The notes under the pieces are model-generated. The model was not told where the DNA came from. It did no database searches and worked only from the letters and a program-made list of their open reading frames with translations. This document shows positions 54,035 through 64,000 of a stretch of DNA of 64,000 bases, piece after piece. Position 1 is the first letter of the stretch, and the number at the start of each line of letters is the position of its first letter. A program made the position numbers and the translations under genes. The stretch comes from Chiloscyllium plagiosum (lineage: Eukaryota), in contig NC_057751.1 of the NCBI RefSeq assembly GCF_004010195.1, positions 12,257,508 through 12,321,507 on the forward strand, given 5' to 3'.

Positions 54035-54220
54035 AGAACATGCTGGAAATCAGTGGGTCATGGCAGCATCCATGAAGAGAGAGCAAGCTAATGTGTCAAG
54101 TCTAGATGATTTGCAACGTTAGCTTGTTCTCTGTCCGTAATGCTGCCTGACCTCTTGCGATTTCCAGTATTTTTTGTTTTCATTACAGATTCCAGCATCT
54201 GTAGAAATTTGCTCCTGTAT
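54035..54220. mobile_element. Older Penelope-like fold-back insertion
   Basis: Diverged inverted arms (GGCAGCATCCATGAAGAGAGAGCAAGCTAATG / CGTTAGCTTGTTCTCTGTCCGTAATGCTGCC) followed by an ...ATTCCAGCATCTG tail. Confidence 0.65.
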
Positions 54221-55639
54221 TGAGGCAAGGTGTATTTAACAAGTATAAGAAATAGCATACAAAATAGGAATGTTACCAGGAGCGGAAACCTCTGTGATCA
54301 GGAAGTCTTAGTAGTCAGGGACAAATTAGAGGGTATATTAAGAGATATCAAATAATAAGAACTATAAAACTGGAGAGAATTTGGAAGTACACAGAGGAGA
54401 TTGACTGACTGGGATAATTACTCCAATTACGTCGGTAAATATGCACAGATGAGGTGCCCTCTGGGAGATGTCAAGTGAAAGCAAGGCCAATGGTTGGGGA
54501 AACAAAGACTGGGAGCTCAGGCTATGAGAGTAGATTGACCAAAGGCAGGAAAACCAATTTTGAAGGTCTTATTGGCTTTGGTAGCAACAAATGGTTGGGA
54601 GGTAGATAAATTGATATTGAAACTGCATTTTTGCAGGGAGATGTGAAGTAGAGTCATACCATTAACTCTGTTTCTCTCACCACAGATGCTGCCAGACCTG
54701 CTGAATGTTTCCAGCATTCTATGTTTGCTTGAGATCTCCAGCATCTGCTGTATTTTGTTTTTTATCCCCAGAACGTTAGCCTAGGGCTGTGGATTATAGT
54801 CTACTAATATTATAACAATACTACCAGCTACCCTTTAATAATGTTCATCATCAGAACACCTCTGTGTAATTGCAGCATTATAAATCCATTATAAACACTG
54901 CATCAATCTATTGAGCTGAGTTTGAATGCTGTCTTTTTAATTTCTAACTTATTTCCCACTCACACTTTCCCTTCCTGCCCCATCTAAAATATATTTAAAT
55001 TTCAATGTTTACAGTAGGCAGAAAATCTTACCATTACATATGTAAATCTGAAATTAATTCTCCACTGCTCATTTTTAAAAGTAAAAATCAGATTACAAAA
55101 ATCATGTAACCCTGTAGTTTTCTGCTTTCAAACTTCAACTGCCTCAGCAGAGGTCTCAAAACACTTGATTAAATTTCCTGCAGCTGGTGTTGAATTCAGG
55201 GATTGAGTTAAGCTTTCTGGCCAGCAGCACTGACTTTGGTTCTGTGAATCAAGAGAGGGTTGTCGTGATGACATGGTAATTGCATTGAAATTAAATCTGG
55301 GGTTGTTGAGCGGTCTGTTCTGCAGCTGATAGTGATAAGTTGTTTTGGAAAAGCAATGCCATTACCAGCTTTTACTTTTTTTCCTAAAAAAATGAATTGA
55401 GTGTTACTTGGAAAGAGTGCTAAGTGTGAAACAAAATAATTATACAAATGCACAGGAAATAATTGCCCAATGTCAAGATTCTGTCATTTGTCCCAAAGTT
55501 CAATTTGACAAGGGACTTTCAAAGGAAAATAAAACTGACAGGCCTTCCTCAAAAAGACTGAAAAGTTAAGACACAATGAAAATCGTGTGAGTGTGGACTA
55601 CATGGATATCCTGCCTAGAAGTTTTCCAACCTTTTTTTA

Positions 55640-55967
55640 AAATTCATTCATAGAGTGAGGGCATCACTGGCCAGGGCAGCATTCACTGCCCATCCCTAAT
55701 TACCCAGATCAGTTGAGAGTCAACTACATTGCTGTGGGTCTGGAGTCACTCATTGGCCAAGGATGGTAGTTTCCTTCCCTAAAGGACTTCAGTGTCGCTG
55801 ATGGGTTTTTCCAACAATTGACTATGGATTCCTGGTCATCATTACACTTAATTCCAGATATTTATTGAATTCAAATTCCGCCATTTGCTGTGGCGGGATT
55901 TGAACCTTGGTCTGTAGAACATTACCTGGGTCTCTGGATTAAGAGTCCAGCAATAATGATTGCCTCC
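55640..55967 (-). mobile_element. tRNA-derived SINE (same family as 39713-40073)
   Basis: Colinear similarity to 39713-40073; B-box-like GGGATTTGAACC on +. Confidence 0.8.
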
Positions 55968-58092
55968 TTATAGGGCTATTGCGGTTTAATCTAAGTCACA
56001 GGCTACCTTTGTACCATAATATTGTGAGGCTGTGGAAGGAAAGAGAAATGCAGTGACAGAAGTGCATTTCTGTTTTCATGCATGGATAGCTCCTTTCATC
56101 TGAACGGCCAGGTAGTATTTCTGAAAAGCAACTACTTAGAAAGAAAGCTATTACAGTTGGACAAGAAATAAACCTCTCAGTGCAGTCACATTTAACACTA
56201 AGCCCTTATGATCGATTAATCCCAAATGAGGACTGCAGTTGAATTTCAGGAATAATCTGTAAAAATATATGCAAATTGAGAGACCATAAAAGCTTCGGTA
56301 TATTCAAAGAAGTTTAGGAATTAAAATTGATGTTTGCCCATTTCTCTGAACTTGAAATGTAAGTTTTTGGAATCTAAGATGATATGATTTATTTTCTTGC
56401 GGCTTCAGTAAACTGTAGCTTTTGGGCTCCAGTTTCATATTGCCGTAGCAATTGCTTCAATGTTTAATTTGATCAATGAGAAAAAATCCAAAATCTAAGC
56501 AAAACAGGAATGGGCTCAGCCAAATTATGATCTGGGGAATAGGATGTCACGGTTTGAGATTGGAAATTTTACCAGGTAGCTTTCACCTCAAGTTATTCGT
56601 TTTTGGAGCATAGCAGCAGAAAAGCAAGAGGAGGAGAAAGCTGCTATTTTTAGCTTGTCTTACACCCCAGTCTCTCTTCTATGTTTGCCAGAGTCTTTTT
56701 ATTGTGCAGACCAGTGCTGTGTCTTTTCAATGCCCTTAATTTGGCAGGTTATTCTGTCTATTCATGATTTTGCGTGATTTGACTGTTCACCATTCACATC
56801 AACTATCAGTTTGCTGTTTAAATAGCTGGTTGGCCCATTCAATGCAGTCATACCCCTCTACGACAGACACGTCTCTTCGTTATCTCCCACCCCTTTTCTT
56901 CCAGCCCCACGAAAATGGCAGATTATTTTTCAGTCTTCAGCTCCGATGAAGTCTGCGAATCCAAAATGTCAACCTTAGTGAAGATGCTGCATACTCCTGG
57001 CATTTTCTGTTTTTATTTATCGCTATGATGTTGTCTCAAAAGTCATCGCAAATAACAGAGCACTCATTGCAATTTTGCTGTGTGACGACCTTTAAAGACG
57101 GGAGTAATTGGTTTAACCTAATTTACAATACTTGTGAAAAGCTTTTTTTAAAAAAAAGTTATCTGAATACATTTTCCCGTGGAGCCAATGTTATTGCTTC
57201 CAGCTCACAGAAGGCAGTAATTCACCCTTGATTGACATTGCCTTGTCCGGCCAATCACTGAGTCCAATTAAATCTATATTGTGCAATTTATTAAAGTGCT
57301 TCCAACAAATGTAATGAATAGGTTAGAAGAAAACAACCTGTTCCCATTATTTGGTTCAATATTTCTCCTGCCTGTCTTCTCTCTCAAAAAGGATGAAAGT
57401 AGTATGATGATTCGTTTTGGACTGGTGATTTGAAAGGCACAGATATGAGGTTAGACAAGTTAAAAGTAATTATTCATTTTGTGCAATTTTTGTCAAGTTG
57501 CAGTATAGCTTAGGAGATAAAATGGCTTGCAGTCTACAGTGCCTTTAGCCAAGTAAATATTTTGATTTCATCAGTGTTGTGTTGCAGGAGTTGTGGCAGT
57601 CAATTTGCATACAGCAAGTTCTCTCAGACAGCAGTTATGGCTACATTTAACCAGACTTTGCAGCGTAAGTTTTAATCAGCGATAACTCTCCGATTCTTTA
57701 AATCATGCCAGGCATCTTTTATATCTGAAGCAAAAGATGGTACTTCTAGCACTTGAAATCTTTAGCACTCAACTGCTAGATTCTTGTGCTTGAATCTCTC
57801 TGGAATGGAAGTTGAACCTACAGTCTTATGACTCACAAGTGAGTGCAACTACCCACTGAGATGGTGCACAGTGCCAATTTGTGGGCAACAACTTATCCAC
57901 TCCTCTGCCTTCTGCACCACACTACACAAGAGTTGACTGCAAGTGAATCACTGATTTTTTTTTTCACTCAAGGATAGAAACAACTTGACTTTAGATGCCA
58001 GCTTTTATAATTTACCAGTGTTCCAAGGTGCTCAACGATTAAAATATTACTCCTGTCTATTTAGTCCTTCACGTCTCTGCTGGAAATTAATG

Positions 58093-58503
58093 GCATCTGC
58101 ATTAAATAAGCTCATTAAAGAACCTCTGAATGAGAAAGTTGCTGCTGCAGGCACCACGTCAAAAATGTTACCTCAGCTGACAGTTCAAGTCGCCATTGAT
58201 TGTCAGAGGTAGCATCCTTCACGTGAAAAGTTGTTGTGTAAGGTACTTGGACATTGACATACAACAGGTCCCACAATGGTGGAGGTCACATTTCGAAGTG
58301 TTTTGGTTCGTGCTACCAGCTCTTCTTTGACCATTACTACTGTTTATCTTGTATCCATCTGAACAACTTTTCATGTGAGGCATGCTACCTCTGATAATCA
58401 ATGGCACCTGAAGTGTCAGTTGAGGTAAAATATTGACGTGGCGCCTGGAGCAGCAGCATTCTCATTCAGAGGTTCTTTTAATGAGCTTATTTAATGCAGA
58501 TGC
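58093..58503. repeat. Long imperfect palindrome (~143-bp arms, ~126-bp spacer), MITE-like
   Basis: GCATCTGCATTAAATAAGCTCATTAAAGAACCTCTGAATGAGAA... (58093-58235) is the reverse complement of 58362-58503, with scattered mismatches. Confidence 0.92.
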
Positions 58504-59329
58504 AGCTTACTAAAAGCATAGGCATGAAGGGCTAAATAGCCTCCCCCTATGCTATAAAGATCCTATGACTCTGTCTTCAGGCAACTAAATTGATCTTTGC
58601 CACTTGTCTGCATTTTGATTGGGTTGAAATTCCTAATCAACGTGTTGGGCTTTGTTAGAGGCTAGGCCAAGTACAGAGAACCATGTTGTCAACTTTATGT
58701 TTTTGAGTGATAGCTGAAGTCCTGGTGAAATGAATATTGGAGAATTGGGATTGATCACAAACTCTGCCCTCAAAGGACAAAGGACAGAACTTTCAAAGCA
58801 CACTTGTACAATTCATTTCAATTGATGACATTTTTACAGTGTTGCACCAATGGAAGTTTTTCTCCTTTGCTGCCAACAGATCTGGATATTTTCCAACAAT
58901 CTGTTCAGACAAATGTTGACACGTGTCTGGGACAGGTGAGACCCGAACCAGGGGTAGGGCCACTCCCACCACATCACAGGAGACTTTGGCCACAGCTGAA
59001 CACTGGATTTGAGTAGTGCATGTACTTTTGTTATATTTTATAGCGTTCACACTTGAAGGACATGAGTTAATCACTGCAAAATCATTGAACATCTTCAGTA
59101 AATAGATTTTATTATCCAAAGCTACGCAAATAGGAAACACATGAACATGCATTTTCTGCTCATGTTCTCAGTGGGTGGATCTCATGCGAGGCAATTTTAA
59201 TTTCTGTTTCCTTTCTGGTGCCTAAACTATTTCAACATAACAACAGGTTTGTACATATCTGAAAACAATGAGCAGATAAAAATCATGCAAATGCCAAGTA
59301 TTTTTCCATTGATACCAACATTTGTAGGA

Positions 59330-59945
59330 TTAGCATTATTCTTCCATTCCCTTACAATAAACACTTTCATTCTGTTTTTCTCCTGATTACTTGCTGTATT
59401 TGTATACAAACTTTGTGATTTATTGACCAGAGTGCCCAGATCCTTCTGTATCCCCGAGTTCTGAAATATTTCTCCACTTAAATAATATGCTGTTTTACTA
59501 TTCTTCATGTCAAAGTAGACAGGTTCATCATTTCCCACATTATATTCTATCTTGCAAATTCTTTCTCACTCCTTTCAACTTATCCATTTCCCTTTTGTAG
59601 ATTTTCTACCTCCTTTTGAAAACTTACTTCCCTACCTATGTGGTATCACCAGCAAATTTAGCTGCCATACATTCAATCCCTACATCCAGGTCAATGATAC
59701 AGATAATAAAATTTGTGATACCATCCTGTGGCACTCGGCTACTTACACATTGCAAACAAAAATGACCTTTTATCCCTACTTTCTGCTTTCTGTTAGATAA
59801 CCAATCCTGGATCCGCACTTGCGTAGTATACTATAGACAATAAGCCGTACTTCGTCAAATGTCCTTTAGATAATTAAATACACCACATCTATTAGTCAAG
59901 TATGATTTGCCTTTTAAGAAACCATTTTGATTTTGCTTGATTGCA
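59330..59945 (-). mobile_element. Decayed CR1 RT fragment (partly copied into the 60-kb insertion)
   Basis: IQDWLSNRKQKVGIKG...VSSRVPQD...IIDLDVGIECMAAKFAGDT. Confidence 0.85.
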
Positions 59946-60174
59946 TGAATAAAATGTCCTTCCATTAGATAATCTTTATTTATTTAAACAAGCATAAGAT
60001 AAAAACGAACATAATGTATAAATATGTGGTGATATATGGCACAGAGGCAAGAAGATCCTGATATGAATGACTATGTTGAGTAAACTGATCTCAGTTACCT
60101 TGCTTTGGCATCCTAAATTGAAACTTTATTGCTGGAACAGCACAGCAGGTCAGGCAGCATCCAGGGAACAGGAG

Positions 60175-60212
60175 ATTCGACGTTTCGGGCACAGGCCCTT
60201 CTTCAGGAGATC
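60175..60212 (-). ncRNA. Minimal hammerhead ribozyme motif (Penelope-associated)
   Basis: Minus strand GATCTC-CTGAAGA-A-GGGC-CTGT-GCCC-GAAA-CG-TC-GAAT; intact core with a GUC triplet. Confidence 0.65.
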
Positions 60213-60274
60213 CACCCACTGAGAACATGAGCAGAAAATGCATGTTCATGTGTTTCCTATTTGCGTAGGAAATA

Positions 60275-61148
60275 TAAAACCGCATATTATTTAAGTGGAG
60301 AAATATTTCAGAACTCGGGGATACAGAAGGATCTGGGCACTCTGGTCAATAAATCACAAAGTTTGTATACAAATACAGCAAGTAATCAGGAGAAAAACAG
60401 AATGAAAGTGTTTATTGTAAGGGAATGGAAGAATAATGCTAATCCTACAAATGTTGGTATCAATGGAAAAATACTTGGCATTTGCATGATTTTTATCTGC
60501 TCATTGTTTTCAGATATGTACAAACCTGTTGTTATGTTGAAATAGTTTAGGCACCAGAAAGGAAACAGAAATTAAAATTGCCTCGCATGAGATCCACCCA
60601 CTGAGAACATGAGCAGAAAATGCATGTTCATGTGTTTCCTATTTGCGTAGCTTTGGATAATAAAATCTATTTACTGAAGATGTTCAATGATTTTGCAGTG
60701 ATTAACTCATGTCCTTCAAGTGTGAACGCTATAAAATATAACAAAAGTACATGCACTACTCAAATCCAGTGTTCAGCTGTGGCCAAAGTCTCCTGTGATG
60801 TGGTGGGAGTGGCCCTACCCCTGGTTCGGGTCTCACCTGTCCCAGACACGTGTCAACATTTGTCTGAACAGATTGTTGGAAAATATCCAGATCTGTTGGC
60901 AGCAAAGGAGAAAAACTTCCATTGGTGCAACACTGTAAAAATGTCATCAATTGAAATGAATTGTACAAGTGTGCTTTGAAAGTTCTGTCCTTTGTCCTTT
61001 GAGGGTAGAGTTTGTGATCAATCCCAATTCTCCAATATTCATTTCACCAGGACTTCAGCTATCACTCAAAAACATAAAGTTGACAACATGGTTCTCTGTA
61101 CTTGGCCTAGCCTCTAACAAAGCCCAACATGTTGATTAGGAATTTCAA
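60275..61148. repeat. 874-bp inverted duplicate of 58624-59497
   Basis: Identical mirrored ORFs in the track (58793..59152- vs 60620..60979+). I saw three substitutions by eye. Confidence 0.97.
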
Positions 61149-62089
61149 GGAATTTGAAGAAGGGCCTGTGCCCGAAACGTCGAATCTCCTGTTCCCTGGA
61201 TGCTGCCTGACCTGCTGTGCTGTTCCAGCAATAAAGTTTGAACTTTGATCTCCAGCATCTGCAGACCTCACTTTCTCCTTTGGCATCCTAAAGTCAAGCT
61301 AATGCTATAAGGGGGGAAATCAATCAAGGTTCCGAGCTGAATCATTGCTCATGGATATCTGTTGGAAAATGCAATTACTTGGAAAAGATTCAGACTCTGT
61401 CTGTTGCATCTCATGCTTTCCCTGCGTTCGTGGAACTTGAAAGCTGACAATCATTGAATTTGTTAACATGTGGAAAAATGGATCATTTGGTAGGGAGAAT
61501 GAGAATTACTTCTGTCATCATCAGCGTTGATCACAACATAGTTCTGTGCCTTCAAAACAAGAGATGAAATTCACCCATGTTGGGGGAACGAGGCTATGAA
61601 AATCTCTGAAATTAGGATAGGTTGCATCATAGCAGTATGAAAACCTGGCAGAGGTTGTGAATGTTGTCTTGCCTGTAAATGCATTGAGGGAAGCAGTACT
61701 TCAAATGATGATAATCCTCTACTCTGTTTATTTCAGTAGAAATATTTTCAACTTGGCTCATATACTGCAAATAAAGAGAACTTAAAACCAGTTGCATCTT
61801 CAGCGAGAGCGAATTGCGTTTGTCTTAAGGTATGTCATCAGGTCACCAAGCTTGAACCCCACTTTATTTTGAACTTGAAACTAACCAGTTGCTTTGTATC
61901 ACAATGAGCACTTGTTGATTCCAACCTGACAAGTTTGAGTGTTTGCGTTTACAGGCAAACAGAATTATTCTAATCAAAGAAGAGCATCGCTGAATGATGC
62001 AGTATGATGGTTCTGTCAGCACCCCCAATTAACCCCACTATCCTCTGCTGTTATTTCATAGACCTGAAAATGTTTCCTCTTAAGGATTT

Positions 62090-62695
62090 CTCAATTTTAA
62101 CTTATGTTAATATTGCATCTGTGAGCAGATGATAACAGCTCACTGCCAATTTTTATTTTCTCATGTCACCTCTGCTCTCTTGCCAATCTTGTTAAATCTG
62201 TATCTGCTGTTTACCACCTTCTGCTCCTGGAAATAGCTCCTTGAAATGTACTCTGTCACAATCTTTCCTGATTTTTGAACACCCCTATCTATCTTCCCTT
62301 AACCTCAAGGAGACCCATTGTGATTTCTGTTGTCTCTTCAGATAATCAGTCATTTATCTCCAGTGCGATTTGACTAAATCTCTTCTACATTTTTCTGAGC
62401 ATCTTCCTAAAGTGTTCTGACCAGAATTAGCTACACCTCTCCAGATGAGGCATATGTAGAGTTTTATGAAGTTTGACTGTTTGTTTTGTACTTTGCACCT
62501 GTATTTATAAAGCCTTGGATTCCATGTTTCCTTTTCACAACTCTCTGAATTTGTCCTGTCATCTTCGAAGACTTGTGTGCATGTCATCTTGATCTCTCTG
62601 TTCCTGCTCATTCTTTCAAACTTTCTACTTCATTTCATTATCTTGCCAAAAGGAGTCACTTCACATTTCTTGCATTTGAATTTCATCTGTCACAA
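62090..62695 (-). mobile_element. Highly decayed CR1-like fragment
   Basis: GTCACTTCACATTTCTTGCATTTGAATTTCATCTG (QMKFK..KCEV on the minus strand) and GTGTTCTGACCAGAATT motifs. Confidence 0.6.
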
Positions 62696-63730
62696 CCCTA
62701 CTAATAGCTCACCAGAGCACTTGCAGGAATGTGTTGGAATAGAATTTAGTGTTCCAATTACAGGGCTGGCTGAACAGGGTAGGCCAATGAACTAAGGAGA
62801 GCAAACGAAGAATAAAATATGTGCCAAGGGAAATCGGTATTTTAAAATATTAAGCACAAATGATCATGGTCAACAAAAGGTAATGGAGTGTAAATTTAAA
62901 TGCATGTAAAACGTGCATTAAATCTTAGTAAATTGTCAGTTAATTTGTGGCTATGTATGTTATTTACTCTGTAATTCACCCATTTCAGATTTCCATTACC
63001 GTTTGTTGAACTATGATTTCGTTCAATGGGAGATATTTTCATTTTTCATTTCCTACTGTCTAGTTTTAAATGATATTTCGAACCACAAAGTGATGGTGAC
63101 ATTTCTCTGCTCTTGATGAGATATCCAGAGCCAGTGCAAGAAAAAATGCACAGAAGTATACATAATACATTTTGTTCTTTGTTGTGGAAAAAAAGATAAT
63201 GCCAACAATGATGTCTCCCCATCTTTCTTTAGCTTCTATGATGGCTTTGACCTTTCCAGTTCAATTGATGGTTGACCAGTTACCAAGAAGGAGAATAACA
63301 GAGCAGTCTATCAATCAGGGCAATACATTTGGTGAGTCATTTACGTATTTGTTTCTTTTTGTGGATATCTCTCTAGTTGTTTCCCGGGGCTCAGACTGTA
63401 GGCAAGGAGTCAAATTCTTCAAATAGTCAGGTCCTTGAGGCGGGGTGGGGGTGAATGAGACAAAATCGCATGGCTGATTATTATTGTACGTTACAGCATA
63501 AGAACAGACCCTGGAGTATTTTAAGCTCAATGCATAACTCCTTCTACCATAGTACCTCTCACCCATCTAGCAATAAATTTTTATTCCTTGCTCCCTCACG
63601 TACTTGTCTAACTTTCACTTTATATGCACCATTGATATTCAGCTTACTCCACTCTGTGTAGTGGTGAGTTCCACAGACCTTGTCTTCAGTCAATATAGTT
63701 CTTGTTGATTCCAGATTGGACATATTAGTG

Positions 63731-63872
63731 AAAAATCACACAACACCAGGTTATAGTCCAACAGGTTTATTTGGAAGCGCTAGCTTTCGGAGTGCTGTTC
63801 CTTCACCTGGTGTTGTGTGATTTTTAAGTTTGTTCACTCCAGTCCAACACTGGCACTTCCAAATCATGGGTT
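63731..63872. mobile_element. Penelope-like fold-back insertion (family B)
   Basis: Same sequence family as 8670-8852; direct repeat TATTAGTG at 63723-63730 and 63873-63880. Confidence 0.8.
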
Positions 63873-64000
63873 TATTAGTGGTTGTCTTAGATATACGGCA
63901 GTTTATCTGTGACATCAAACCTCCTATAATAATCAGGAACTCAATAAAATCATCTCTGTCTTTGATTATCAAGAGGTAAGAGTCCCAGCCTGCTCATTCT

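Larger units (their letters stand above)
60118..61277. mobile_element. Penelope-like insertion (family A) carrying captured local DNA, 15-bp TSD
   Basis: Perfect 85-bp inverted arms at 60121-60205 and 61155-61239; TSD CTTTGGCATCCTAAA at 60103-60117 and 61278-61292. Confidence 0.88.

Noticed and set aside
58793..60979. Identical 119-aa and related ORFs on opposite strands as a duplicated gene
   Set aside because: They result from the inverted duplication; there is no recognisable domain or exon structure.
1..64000. CRISPR array, operon or prokaryotic/viral system
   Set aside because: No regularly spaced repeats, no long intact ORFs and no compositional island; everything seen is consistent with vertebrate intronic and intergenic DNA.

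Overview
AT-rich, repeat-dense vertebrate genomic DNA. The repeat families (HE1-type V-SINE, SacSINE1/Deu-domain SINE, CR1 LINEs, short Penelope-like terminal repeats) point to a cartilaginous fish, probably a shark. The only host gene I can support is the 5' half of ZMAT4 on the minus strand: an ATG exon at 31484-31588, a second coding exon at 11951-12040, and a candidate promoter and non-coding first exon near 45.66-46.2 kb. Later exons lie beyond the left edge. Nearly all listed ORFs are chance ORFs or decayed transposon frames. A decayed Gypsy LTR element with both LTRs (34521-38212) is nested in a SacSINE1. The most interesting structure involves short Penelope-like repeats that carry minimal hammerhead ribozyme cores and insert as inverted pairs, often between 8-15 bp target-site duplications. 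One young insertion (60103-61292) brackets a near-perfect 874-bp inverted copy of neighbouring genomic DNA plus a second 62-bp copy. Other notable items are a 172-bp templated duplication, a 411-bp imperfect palindrome, a 126-bp L1-like mini-element with both ends, and a possible uORF whose stop overlaps the ZMAT4 start codon. Repeat family names come from recalled consensus motifs, not from database searches.
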